A DNA stretch of 64,000 bases, from the IMG/VR virus record IMGVR_UViG_3300025115_000007, positions 2,708 through 66,707 of that record; one strand, written 5' to 3'. A model generated the notes under the pieces. The model saw only the letters and a list, made by a program, of their open reading frames with translations. It searched no databases and was not told where the DNA came from. Position 1 is the stretch's first letter. Each line of letters begins with the position of its first letter. The DNA comes from a virus. The position numbers were made by a program, and so were the translations under genes. Positions 26,220 to 36,057 of this stretch are shown here, one piece after another.

Positions 26220-26507
26220 ATGGAACTGAAAATTTTGGAAGCGAGTTTTCACAGAAACGGTGTTGGTGGGGCTGGGTTCTATGCAATCATTTTTGAGGAC
26301 AAGGATGAAGGTAGGATGGTCGCCTCGCTGTTTGATGAACCAGGTTACTGTGCGGTGTATAATATTGACGAACTGAACCGTGGTAACATTGCCTTTGCAG
26401 GTGGTAATTCGTGGCGAGGTGATAGGTATGAAGAAATCCTTAGACCAATGCTGAAAAGCTTCATGGAAAACAACGGCACCAACAGAATTGGACCATTTTC
26501 AGTATAA
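26220..26507 (+). CDS. hypothetical protein
   Basis: HRNGV.G, NSWRGD; RBS AGGAGG. Confidence 0.7.
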   Translation: MELKILEASFHRNGVGGAGFYAIIFEDKDEGRMVASLFDEPGYCAVYNIDELNRGNIAFAGGNSWRGDRYEEILRPMLKSFMENNGTNRIGPFSV

Positions 26508-26592
26508 CCACTTGATGCTATTACATATCATTTCACTTGACAAAGGATGTTGGTTGTGATAGAATGGTGCCATTGAAGAAAGGAATAGTTCC

Positions 26593-27558
26593 ATGTTGTT
26601 AGAGGACATAGGGTTTTATACGCTTACCGAGGAAAGGGTTAGGACAGCGTCCCATAGGACACCCCTGTCCAGATGTGAGCTGATACTCACCTCCAAGTGT
26701 AACTTCAGGTGCCCTTACTGCCGATCCATTGGCGGTGAGGACATGGATTTTACTCAAGCATCTGATATTGTTCACATGTGGGCTAAGCATGGCTTGAAGG
26801 CCATAAGGTTCTCTGGTGGTGAGCCTACGTTATGGCCGGGACTAAGGGATTTATGTTTTGAAGCCAAAACGGTAGGCATCAACCGGATAGCGATCTCTAC
26901 CAACGGGTCAGCTGATACCAAGGTGTATGATTTCCTGCTCCAGCACTGTGGGGTCAATGATTTCTCGGTCTCACTGGATGCGTGTTGTGCTGGCGATGGG
27001 GACAGAATGGCAGGTGGTATTACGGGAGCCTGGTACCGTGTAGCGAAGAATATTGAATGGCTGGCTAGTCGGACATATGTTACCGTCGGTATCGTTTTGA
27101 CGGAACATAATATCGACGGAGCAGCGGAAACAATAAGATTCGCAGCCAGCTTGGGAGTAAGTGATATCCGAGTGATTCCAGCGGTCCAGTTCTCCAATAG
27201 GCTTCGGAACATTGATATTGGTATGGGCCTTCTGGAAAAGTATCCCATCTTGCGTTACAGGATCAATAACATCAAGGAAGGATTACCTGTACGCGGATTG
27301 ATGGCTAATGATTCCGCTAAGTGTGGATTGGTGCTGGATGACATGGCAGTAAACCATGGCAAGCATTATCCATGTATTATCTATATGCGTGAGGGCGGTA
27401 AGGCCATAGGTCTGGTTGGAGCTAATATGAGAGACCAGAGGTTCAAGTGGTACAAGAGGCATAAGACACATGAGGATCCAATATGCCGGAATCAATGCTT
27501 GGATGTGTGCCGGGAATATTCCAACAAATATGAGGCTTACCGTGGAACACCTGAATGA
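26593..27558 (+). CDS. radical SAM protein (MoaA-like fold)
   Basis: CNFRCPYC, SGGEP, STNG, C-terminal Cys cluster. Confidence 0.9.
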   Translation: MLLEDIGFYTLTEERVRTASHRTPLSRCELILTSKCNFRCPYCRSIGGEDMDFTQASDIVHMWAKHGLKAIRFSGGEPTLWPGLRDLCFEAKTVGINRIAISTNGSADTKVYDFLLQHCGVNDFSVSLDACCAGDGDRMAGGITGAWYRVAKNIEWLASRTYVTVGIVLTEHNIDGAAETIRFAASLGVSDIRVIPAVQFSNRLRNIDIGMGLLEKYPILRYRINNIKEGLPVRGLMANDSAKCGLVLDDMAVNHGKHYPCIIYMREGGKAIGLVGANMRDQRFKWYKRHKTHEDPICRNQCLDVCREYSNKYEAYRGTPE

Positions 27559-27826
27559 GGCGAGCTTTGATTGGCTTAACTGGCGCAATGGTTCGGTGTT
27601 AGAAATTTTTGATATACGTCACCGGTACGAGCCAATCTATAGGAACCGGGATCTGGTACGCCAATATGCAGTAGGGTACTGTAAGGCAGACAATATCCCA
27701 TGTAGACCAAAACCCGGCTCCATGGCGGTAATGTTCGATACAGGTAGAGAAAACTGGAACCCTTGGTGGACACATTTCACCGTGAGGGAATTTACAGCAT
27801 GTTTTCCGGAGGAAGAGGTATGGTAG
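27530..27826 (+). CDS. hypothetical protein
   Basis: operon packing. Confidence 0.55.
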   Translation: MRLTVEHLNEASFDWLNWRNGSVLEIFDIRHRYEPIYRNRDLVRQYAVGYCKADNIPCRPKPGSMAVMFDTGRENWNPWWTHFTVREFTACFPEEEVW

Positions 27827-27990
27827 AACAGTTTTTCCTATGGTGGTTTGAGGAGCACTACATCTGGTCTACGCTGCTCACGCCGTTTTTGGTCATGTTA
27901 TGGACCATCTTCAAAGGGGAGTTCATCTGGAGGGGTGTGGTGGCGTGCTTGGTATGGCTAGGGGTGTGGTGGCGTGCTTGGTATGACTAA
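27820..27990 (+). CDS. small membrane protein
   Basis: hydrophobic, Trp-rich. Confidence 0.45.
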   Translation: MVEQFFLWWFEEHYIWSTLLTPFLVMLWTIFKGEFIWRGVVACLVWLGVWWRAWYD

Positions 27991-28260
27991 TGTTCACTAG
28001 ATACTCACATAAGTAGGAGGACATTATATACAGACGGATTTATTAGGGGACCGCATATGAAGGTATGAAAATGTAACCAGGAACTACCTTACACCAAAGG
28101 TTCCTGTGTTAGTCCGTGTTGTCTGGAAACCAGGTTATAAGGAAGCAAGTAATTCCGGCTATGAAACGTTTCATAACTGCGGCTATGACACCATGCACCG
28201 GACATGTCAAACATGTGGGTATTCATGGTATGAGAGACCACTTGACTATAAGGAAACAAA

Positions 28261-29424
28261 ATGAACAAAGAATCAGCAGCGGAGCTATTTGGGGTATCAC
28301 CGTCCAATGTGTCCAAATTTGAGCGGTTAGACCCGTTTAACGGGTTTACACTAACCGGGTACATAGTGGCCTCGGAGCATAACTATGGCTCCATGGTGAT
28401 CACCAAGATAGACAATTACCTCACGGAACAAGTGGTGTACTCAACACCAAAGCTCAAATACCCATTTGACCGGAATGGCGTATACAAGTTCCCCGAAGCC
28501 AAGCGGATCAATGTATATACCAAGCTGGATGGCACGGCTATCATTTGTTTTTTCTATACCCTAAAAGGCACCAAATACCTGGCTTACAAGACCCGGCTTA
28601 CTCCATTCCTACAGGAATCCAAGTGGGGCTCATTTGTTGACATGTGGGCCAAAGTTCTATCTGAGCATCCTGGCCTACAGGACTACATCAAGGACCACGT
28701 ATTCAACAAAAACGTGAACCTGGTGTTTGAGCTATACGGGTACCTCAATGAACATCTGATCCGGTATGATGTTCCTCTTGACACCAGGTTGTTATTTGGT
28801 GTGAAACAAACCAATGGTGCTGTGGTGGACCCAGTGGATCTACATTTCCCGATGGTAAATGTTTGTCAAGAAGTCTCCATCACCAACTGCCATGACCTGT
28901 ATTCATGGTACCAGAAGTTTAAGAATGAGCAGGAGTTGAAAAATGTTGCGTTGGAAGATGGGTCCATAGAGGGTTCGGAAGGTTTTGTCTGGTACCTGCA
29001 CGGGGTGGATGGGGTGGTTCACCAGTTCAAATTGAAACCACCGTCGGTTGAGGAAATACACTTCCATATGGCAGATGGCTCACGTATTCATAAGAACACT
29101 ATACGGACAACGATCCAGAACGCCTACGAACATTCTTCTGATGTATCCTATGAGATCGTGCGTGATCTGTTGATGGAGGAATATGACGCCCGGGTGATCG
29201 AGGCCTACAAGGCAACCATCATCCAATGTATCCAGGTGATACAGGCCAATATTGACTTTAGGGAAAAAGTGCTTCAGTTGTATAAGGAACATGGGCTGGA
29301 TGTGATCGCTGATAAAATTGGAACCATGAGGACCTTGTCTGGACACTTTACCGGTAAAGACATGAAGAAGGTCTATACCGTGTTGAAGAACCATATAGAA
29401 GCACGGCATGGAACAACCGGGTAA
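28261..29424 (+). CDS. RNA ligase-like nucleotidyltransferase
   Basis: KLDGT motif I, FELYG, EGFV, FKLK. Confidence 0.75.
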   Translation: MNKESAAELFGVSPSNVSKFERLDPFNGFTLTGYIVASEHNYGSMVITKIDNYLTEQVVYSTPKLKYPFDRNGVYKFPEAKRINVYTKLDGTAIICFFYTLKGTKYLAYKTRLTPFLQESKWGSFVDMWAKVLSEHPGLQDYIKDHVFNKNVNLVFELYGYLNEHLIRYDVPLDTRLLFGVKQTNGAVVDPVDLHFPMVNVCQEVSITNCHDLYSWYQKFKNEQELKNVALEDGSIEGSEGFVWYLHGVDGVVHQFKLKPPSVEEIHFHMADGSRIHKNTIRTTIQNAYEHSSDVSYEIVRDLLMEEYDARVIEAYKATIIQCIQVIQANIDFREKVLQLYKEHGLDVIADKIGTMRTLSGHFTGKDMKKVYTVLKNHIEARHGTTG

Positions 29425-29550
29425 AGCAAGAGTATTATCAGAGGCGGAAGCGATGCATTTCGTTGGCTCTACGCTTACATGTGATACAAGAGATGATAAA
29501 GGATCCTTGGAAATACTTCAAGGAGGAATATGAAAGGTGGGTAAAAGGAA

Positions 29551-30519
29551 ATGAACTGGAACGAAATTAGGAAAATCCACACCTGGTTACCCAATACCGG
29601 TGAGGGTTGGCACCAACACCCAAATGGGGAAGGTTGGGTACAGGATACTGCCAGGGTGGAAAATACCGCTTATGTGGGTCCGGAGGCCCTGGTCTCTGGT
29701 GAAGCCTGGGTCTATGATGAAGCCCGGATCTCTGGTAAAGCCTGGGTCTATGATAAAGCTGAGGTTTCTGATGAAGCCCTGGTCTCTGGTAAAGCCCGGG
29801 TCTCACATGAAGCCCGGGTCTATGGTAAAGCCCGGGTCTCTGGTGAAGCCTGGGTTTCACGTGAAGTCCGGATCTATGGTGAAGCCTGGGTCTATGGTAA
29901 AGCTGAGGTTTCTGATGAAGCCCTGGTCTCTGGTAAAGCCCGGGTCTCACATGAAGCCCGGGTCTATGGTAAAGCCCGGGTCTCACATGAAGCCTGGGTT
30001 TCACGTGAAGCCCGGGTCTATGGTAAAGCCCGGGTCTATGGTCAAGCCCAGGTCTATGGTCAAGCCCGGGTCTATGGTGAGGCCGAGGTCTATGGTAAAG
30101 CCCGGGTCTATGGTCAAGCCCAGGTCTATGGTCAAGCCCGGGTCTATGGTAAAGCCCGGGTCTCACATGAAGCCTGGGTCTATGGTCAAGCCCAAGTCTA
30201 TGGTCAAGCCCGAGTCTATGGTGAGGCCGAGGTCTATGGTGAAGCCTGGGTCTCTGATGAAGCCCAGGTCTATGGTCAAGCCCGGGTCTCTGGTGAAGCT
30301 CGTATATCTAAAACTTCCGATTATATCACCATTGGGCCTATTGGAAGTAGATCAGCCATACTAACAGCGTTCCGGTCTACATCCGGCATAACTCTGGTGA
30401 CTGGTTGCTTTATAGGTGACCTGGCTGGTTTCCGGAAAGCGTTGGAAGGTGAGACCGGTAAGCACTATGAGGTGGATTATCCCATTTTCCTGGATGCCAT
30501 TGAAAAATATTTCCAATAA
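29551..30519 (+). CDS. hexapeptide-repeat (left-handed beta-helix) protein
   Basis: tandem (A.V(Y/S)G.) repeats; C-terminal TGCF.G. Confidence 0.85.
   Translation: MNWNEIRKIHTWLPNTGEGWHQHPNGEGWVQDTARVENTAYVGPEALVSGEAWVYDEARISGKAWVYDKAEVSDEALVSGKARVSHEARVYGKARVSGEAWVSREVRIYGEAWVYGKAEVSDEALVSGKARVSHEARVYGKARVSHEAWVSREARVYGKARVYGQAQVYGQARVYGEAEVYGKARVYGQAQVYGQARVYGKARVSHEAWVYGQAQVYGQARVYGEAEVYGEAWVSDEAQVYGQARVSGEARISKTSDYITIGPIGSRSAILTAFRSTSGITLVTGCFIGDLAGFRKALEGETGKHYEVDYPIFLDAIEKYFQ
29684..30306 (+). repeat. 18-bp tandem coding repeats
   Basis: units like GGTAAAGCCCGGGTCTAT with higher-order duplication. Confidence 0.9.
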
Positions 30520-30554
30520 TTTACTAACCTAACCGAACATGATATACTTAACCC

Positions 30555-31940
30555 ATGATTGATCCCACTCTACTTGAAAAGCTAATCATCAAGGGCTGTT
30601 ATGAGTCAGAGCAGTACCTTGCCTTAGTGTCCACTATCTTCCAAGACAGATACTTCGATGATGCTGTAGTTGGAAGGATGTTTGGCCAGATTTCCACTCA
30701 TTTCAAGCAATATGGCAAAGTGATACCAGAGTCAAGCCTAGCTAGCGATCCCGATGCTAAATCTGTGTTCGACGAAATTCGGTCCACCGACTTTGATATT
30801 GCCAAGAATTATGACTATCTGTATCAGGAGACCGAGACCTATCTAAGGGAGAAAGCTATCAAGGCCGCCATCTTGGATTCCGTGGATGTGGTAAATGCCA
30901 AAAAAGACATGGGTAGCATCCGGGCCCTGCTTGAGGATGCTATGTGTAAGAGCCTAAAGGTTGACCTGGGGCTTGAGTATTGGAAGAACATTGGGGACCG
31001 GTTACGCCGGGCCTTCATGTCTGATGTGGGCCGCATTCCCTCTTACTACCCCCAGTTGGATGAATACATAAATGGTGGATTTCCGCCATATACATTGAAT
31101 GTTTTCCTAAGCAGGGTCCATGGGTTTAAAAGTGCTTTTATGGCCAATGTAAGTGCCAGACAGGTTCTCCGAGGCCATAATGTGGTAATTATGAGTCTGG
31201 AGATGTCCCAAGATATGTATGCCCAGAGGTATGATGGTATTTATTCTGGGCTCAATATCAATAGGATGTATTTGGACAAAGAATTAAAACTGGCCTTAAT
31301 GAAAGCTTTAACCAAAAAGGCCGTGGAGAATAAGGGTAAACTTTATATCAAGGAGTTTGCTACAGGTAAGGCCTCGGTAAACGATTTCCGGATTTACCTT
31401 AGAGAATTACAGATGAGGCAGATCAAGCCAGGTGTATTGTATTGTGATTACCTTAACCTTATGAAAAAAAGTTCCGGACCTAAAAAGGATATGTACAGTG
31501 ATGTAAAAGAGATAGCGGAGGAGCTTAGGGCTCTGGGCCTGGAGTTTAATTGTCCGGTTGTCTCCGTGAGTCAGTTGAACAGAGAAGGGTCGGATGATAT
31601 ACCCCTATCATCACTGGACATCGTTCATATATCAGAAAGTCTTGGTCTCGCAGCCACTATTGACTGTGGTATTATATTCGGCAACGAGGCCGACATCCGG
31701 ACATATGAACAGGAGCTACATTACAAAATCCTCAAGAACCGGTTAGGCGGCCGAGTGGGTGAGATCAATAAGTTCTATTATGACGCTGCCAGCCTCACCA
31801 TCTATGATTCCTCCGAACTGGACGCCTGGAGAACAGCATCCTTAACATCCGGTGACAACCGGCGGCTGAAGGACAAAAAGGTGGATATGCCAAAAGGTTT
31901 AGGTAAGCGAAGCAGGAAACGAAGGGAGGACGAAGAATGA
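30555..31940 (+). CDS. gp41: replicative DnaB-like helicase (gp41)
   Basis: Walker-like HGFKS, SLEMS, DYLNLM, SQLNR, ISES, KNR. Confidence 0.9.
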   Translation: MIDPTLLEKLIIKGCYESEQYLALVSTIFQDRYFDDAVVGRMFGQISTHFKQYGKVIPESSLASDPDAKSVFDEIRSTDFDIAKNYDYLYQETETYLREKAIKAAILDSVDVVNAKKDMGSIRALLEDAMCKSLKVDLGLEYWKNIGDRLRRAFMSDVGRIPSYYPQLDEYINGGFPPYTLNVFLSRVHGFKSAFMANVSARQVLRGHNVVIMSLEMSQDMYAQRYDGIYSGLNINRMYLDKELKLALMKALTKKAVENKGKLYIKEFATGKASVNDFRIYLRELQMRQIKPGVLYCDYLNLMKKSSGPKKDMYSDVKEIAEELRALGLEFNCPVVSVSQLNREGSDDIPLSSLDIVHISESLGLAATIDCGIIFGNEADIRTYEQELHYKILKNRLGGRVGEINKFYYDAASLTIYDSSELDAWRTASLTSGDNRRLKDKKVDMPKGLGKRSRKRREDEE

Positions 31941-32092
31941 TAAAATTATGTGATGCGCGATTATTCATAGACTGTGAATGGGTGTACGACAATAGGCAGC
32001 AGATAACGGGCCCGTATGTGTGTTCTGTGTGTGGTTCCCAATACACTTATTATCTGGTAAAATTTTTAGACCGGAAGGAGGCCAAAAATTGA
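31937..32092 (+). CDS. small Zn-ribbon-like protein
   Basis: DCEWVY....CSVCGS; overlaps gp41 stop; not in track. Confidence 0.5.
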   Translation: MIKLCDARLFIDCEWVYDNRQQITGPYVCSVCGSQYTYYLVKFLDRKEAKN

Positions 32093-32274
32093 CTATAGGC
32101 TGCTGGGTACCACAAACAATTATGCTACTTAGTGTGATATTCAACCTGACAAGCAAACACACAGTACTCAAAACCGGAGTCGATGGAGTGGCCTATATTC
32201 TTGGCTTACTATTAATGTACTGGGGTGGATTTTTCGATTGTCTCCTCACACAATTAAAGCTCTGGCTAAGTTAG
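32089..32274 (+). CDS. small membrane protein
   Basis: RBS GGAGG before TTG; WVPQ....LLMYWGGFF. Confidence 0.5.
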   Translation: MTIGCWVPQTIMLLSVIFNLTSKHTVLKTGVDGVAYILGLLLMYWGGFFDCLLTQLKLWLS

Positions 32275-32810
32275 ACCAGCTCATACAGGCCTGTGCGCGG
32301 TGTTCCTTGCATGAGGGCGGTAGGGCCAAGCCTTATTGGACGCTGGAATCTAAGTACCTCATCATAGGGGAAGCGCCCGGCAGGGATGAGGTGAAGGCTA
32401 ATAGCCCGTTTGTGGGACCGGCAGGTTCGGCCCTATGGAACCAACTGGCTCCTCATGGATTGAGTCGGAAAGACTTTGCCATAGTGAACTCTGTGAATTG
32501 TAGGCCAATAGTACTTAGAAAGAACGGCAAACCAACAGATGAACAAATCCGGGCGTGCTTCCATTGGGTCGGTAAGTATATCCTGCTGATCCAGCCCAAG
32601 AAAATTCTGCTCCTGGGAAGTTATGCTCATAAGTCCCTGTTTGGTAAAGACATCCAAGTGATAAAAAATAATGGCAAGGTCTATGTTGACAAGTATGGTA
32701 CACCCGTGATACAATCCGTCCATCCTGCTTACACTATCTATAATGAGGAGCAAGGAATAAGATTATTGACTGAGGCGATTGAAGCCTTCTTACGAAAGGA
32801 GTCACTATGA
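32238..32810 (+). CDS. uracil-DNA glycosylase, family 4
   Basis: C..C.L, IGEAPG..E....PFVG.AG, N.V.CRP, HPA. Confidence 0.92.
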   Translation: MSPHTIKALAKLDQLIQACARCSLHEGGRAKPYWTLESKYLIIGEAPGRDEVKANSPFVGPAGSALWNQLAPHGLSRKDFAIVNSVNCRPIVLRKNGKPTDEQIRACFHWVGKYILLIQPKKILLLGSYAHKSLFGKDIQVIKNNGKVYVDKYGTPVIQSVHPAYTIYNEEQGIRLLTEAIEAFLRKESL

Positions 32811-33142
32811 CAGTAGACCTTTACAGAGTTACCGAAGCATTGGAAGGTAGTGAGTATAGAACCTACCTTGATACCACCGAGCATCGGAAAGTTCTTGGAG
32901 CCATATTCAACACATGGATGCCACGGATGTATGCAATGCCAGTTGATGCCATCAAGGACAACATTATCACCAGTATCAACTTGGCGATGGAAACAATTGA
33001 GTGGAAGAAGAATGCCACACTGAGCACCCGATGCAGGAACATACTTGACTACCTTTCCAAGGGTAAATATACGAAGCGGAGCCTTATGACAGTGGTATGT
33101 AATACCATATTAAGTTCGGATGGATTAGGGTTAAAGGTATGA
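32807..33142 (+). CDS. hypothetical protein
   Basis: overlapping start/stop. Confidence 0.6.
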   Translation: MTVDLYRVTEALEGSEYRTYLDTTEHRKVLGAIFNTWMPRMYAMPVDAIKDNIITSINLAMETIEWKKNATLSTRCRNILDYLSKGKYTKRSLMTVVCNTILSSDGLGLKV

Positions 33143-34272
33143 TAGCTAAAGACCTCACCTTGATAGACGGTGCCAAAAAGATTGTCCTACTAGACCCGGC
33201 CAATGTCCGGAAGTATATGCCTCTTGGCCTGGCCAAGATTTCCACCTACGTGAAAGCCAGGGGTGGCGAGGTTGTGTTCCAGAAGAAATATGTACCATGT
33301 GGTGAAGACCTTGTCTGCATTACCTCACTTTTTACCTGGTATGCCCATAAGGTACATGCGGCTATAGATCAGGTTCTATCAGCCAACACTTTATTCAATC
33401 CAGACCTGAAGATATTGGTTGGAGGCACCTATGCCACATTGATGCCTAAGCACTTGGAGAAGCTATATCCACAGGTCCACATCTTCAAAGGCTGTTCCAG
33501 GATATTGGATGAATGTGCTCCAGACTATACGTTGGACTTCAATCTGGAAGACAAGTGGAACGACATCTCCTATATCTATACCTCACGGGGTTGCCCCAAC
33601 AAATGCCAATACTGTAGTGCATGGCGGATCGAGCCGGAACAGTATATCATAGAGCATTGGAGGGAACATATCCATCCAAATCGAAGCCAGGTAATGATCA
33701 ATGATAACAATTTGTCGTCCCAATCCATTGACCACATTAGGTCCATATTCGATTATGTCCGGGAGACCGGCAAAAAGATCAACCTCAAGAACGGGTTTGA
33801 TTGCAAATACATTACGGACGAGTTGGCCGGTATGCTCGGCAAGATGAAATTTGCCAGTCGGGGCATGAGGCTATCATTTGACAGGATAGAGGAGGATGGT
33901 GTGTTCCAAGGTGCTGTCCAAAAGCTACTCAAGGCCGGTGTGTCACGCCATAACATTATGGTTTACGTGCTGTTCAACTTCAATGAACGGGTAAGTGAAG
34001 CGGTATATAGGGCCAATGAGTGTGTAAAGCTGGGTATAGCCCCATGGCCCCAGGAATATACCACCATGAACAAGCTGGACATACATGATAAGTATCTTGG
34101 GAAGCACTGGACGCCTAACCTCCGGGCGGCCTTCAAGCTTTTCTACCTATTCGCCGGCTACTATCATAATATGACCTTTTTAGAATGGTGCATGAGCCCA
34201 GGTAAGAATAACAACATATACAATTTTACCGAAGATGAGATTGGACGAGTGAAAGGCGAGGACATATGCTAA
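33139..34272 (+). CDS. radical SAM protein with B12-binding-like N-terminus
   Basis: PLGL.KI, VGG.YAT, TSRGCPNKCQYC, DNN. Confidence 0.85.
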   Translation: MIAKDLTLIDGAKKIVLLDPANVRKYMPLGLAKISTYVKARGGEVVFQKKYVPCGEDLVCITSLFTWYAHKVHAAIDQVLSANTLFNPDLKILVGGTYATLMPKHLEKLYPQVHIFKGCSRILDECAPDYTLDFNLEDKWNDISYIYTSRGCPNKCQYCSAWRIEPEQYIIEHWREHIHPNRSQVMINDNNLSSQSIDHIRSIFDYVRETGKKINLKNGFDCKYITDELAGMLGKMKFASRGMRLSFDRIEEDGVFQGAVQKLLKAGVSRHNIMVYVLFNFNERVSEAVYRANECVKLGIAPWPQEYTTMNKLDIHDKYLGKHWTPNLRAAFKLFYLFAGYYHNMTFLEWCMSPGKNNNIYNFTEDEIGRVKGEDIC

Positions 34273-35507
34273 GTGTTGATGACCAATACAAAGAGTGGCT
34301 TGAGTCCCAGAAGTTTGATAATCCACCAGACGAAGCCCATGTGAAGGAAACCTTGGTCAAAGAGCTGGAGTTCTTGTCCAAGATGGACGCCAAGACTTAT
34401 ATCCTTTACAGGAAATGGAACGAGATCCAGGAAAAATATCCGGCTCGCTCTGGTGTTGAGTCTACCAGCTTCTTTTTTGGGGAATCACAGGAACAGTATC
34501 CGGAGCTACGCCGATACAAGGCCAACATATGGATACCGGAAAAGCCGGAAGATTACTTGGACCTTGAGCCGGTAATGGTTAGGAGCACAGAGGACACTGT
34601 GGTTGAGTGGAATGAGCTTCGGGTATTCATGTCCAGTATGTTGAACAATAGCAATATTGGCCGGCAGATGTTCTATACCGTGGTGGACAATAAGACCGGT
34701 AAGTATTTGGGCCTGGTGTGCGTCTCCGGAGATTTTCTTGACCTGGCGCCAAGAGACAATTACATAGGTTGGTCAAGATCCCAAAAAACACATAGCGGGA
34801 AGCTCAATAACTGTGCTATCGGAAGCACGATAGTTCCGGTTCAGTCGTTTGGGTATAATTACGTTGGTGGCAAGCTTATCGCACTGCTTACAATGAGTGA
34901 TGTAGTGGAGCGAGACTGGTATGAGTCCTATGGTGATAAACTCGTTATGGTTGATACCACCTCATTATTTGGATCCTTTAGCATTTATCAGAACCTTTCA
35001 TATTGGAATCATAGGGGCCATACAGCCGGTTCGATAAAATATGAACCATCAAAACCAACAATATCGTTGATTCGTGAATGGTTGAAGTACAACCACACGC
35101 GCCGATACTTTGAGTGGTACTATGGTAAACAGGTAACCTCCAAAGGTACCGAAATGACCTTGAAACGAGACCACAAACAACGATCCTTAACATTTACCTA
35201 CGTGAAATTGGGTATACCAAAGGAAATGTATGAAGCTGGACATCAAAGGGGTGTTTACACCTGTCACCTATTCAACAATACCAATGAATATCTCAGAGGT
35301 GAGATTGACGAGTCCAAGCTAACCAAGAGGTTTGATAATAGCGTTCCGGTACTCGTGGACATATGGAAGACCAAGTATGCCTCCAAAAGGCTCAAATCCG
35401 TATTAGACAGCGGAAAATATAGCCATGGTATACTGTTTTACGACGACCTTATAGGAAAAAGTTGGGCTCAAGCCCAGGAGATGTACCTACATGACGTTGG
35501 GCGATAG
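34266..35507 (+). CDS. DUF4338/DruA-like protein
   Basis: IGR....D..TGKYLG....RD.YIGW....IVP.Q.FGYNYVGGKL.AL. Confidence 0.75.
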   Translation: MLSVDDQYKEWLESQKFDNPPDEAHVKETLVKELEFLSKMDAKTYILYRKWNEIQEKYPARSGVESTSFFFGESQEQYPELRRYKANIWIPEKPEDYLDLEPVMVRSTEDTVVEWNELRVFMSSMLNNSNIGRQMFYTVVDNKTGKYLGLVCVSGDFLDLAPRDNYIGWSRSQKTHSGKLNNCAIGSTIVPVQSFGYNYVGGKLIALLTMSDVVERDWYESYGDKLVMVDTTSLFGSFSIYQNLSYWNHRGHTAGSIKYEPSKPTISLIREWLKYNHTRRYFEWYYGKQVTSKGTEMTLKRDHKQRSLTFTYVKLGIPKEMYEAGHQRGVYTCHLFNNTNEYLRGEIDESKLTKRFDNSVPVLVDIWKTKYASKRLKSVLDSGKYSHGILFYDDLIGKSWAQAQEMYLHDVGR

Positions 35508-35569
35508 AAAACTCTCTATTATCTATTTTTACCAGGTTAGACAATGTAACATTTGTGGAGAGGTGGTAG

Positions 35570-35794
35570 ATGGGAGATATATCTGAAACCATAACCCAAA
35601 TGCGAGCCAGGCATGAACAGGAGCTGAATGATTTACAAACCAACTGTAGCCATGTAACCTTGTCCAACTGGATGCCTTATCAATGGGCACCAGGCCATAC
35701 GCTTGGTGAGGTCAAGGTATGCGCCACATGTGGTAAGATAATGCAAAGGAGCTATGATGCAATCACTTCAACCATCACGACAGCAGGAAGTTGA
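35570..35794 (+). CDS. small Zn-binding protein
   Basis: C.H....C..CG; RBS. Confidence 0.55.
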   Translation: MGDISETITQMRARHEQELNDLQTNCSHVTLSNWMPYQWAPGHTLGEVKVCATCGKIMQRSYDAITSTITTAGS

Positions 35795-36053
35795 TTACTG
35801 GAAGTCCAGGTTTGGCCTATTATACAATTGGACCATACGCTATGTGGATAATGGTGAAGCCTATTGCACAACTAGGTACAACATCCCCGAAAAACGCGCC
35901 AATATATACTCATGTGATATAGACCTGGAAGAGACCTATATCCTCCACGAGGTACTCAAGTTAGCGTATATAGAGGCCAGGCTTAGCCCCGGGAACGCCG
36001 ACCAATTCCTGGAGGACCTTACCACCTTGATTACAGACAGGAGCCTTAGGTAG
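35754..36053 (+). CDS. hypothetical protein (degenerate metallopeptidase-like)
   Basis: ILHEVLKL; operon packing. Confidence 0.5.
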   Translation: MMQSLQPSRQQEVDYWKSRFGLLYNWTIRYVDNGEAYCTTRYNIPEKRANIYSCDIDLEETYILHEVLKLAYIEARLSPGNADQFLEDLTTLITDRSLR

Positions 36054-36057
36054 GCCT

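Noticed and set aside
27990-28260. Read-through ORF suggesting recoding
   Set aside because: Single ambiguous case; more simply a small or decayed gene.
29684-30306. CRISPR or guide array, and the overlapping repeat ORFs in other frames
   Set aside because: In-frame 18-bp coding repeats without unique spacers; the alternate-frame ORFs are artefacts of the periodicity.
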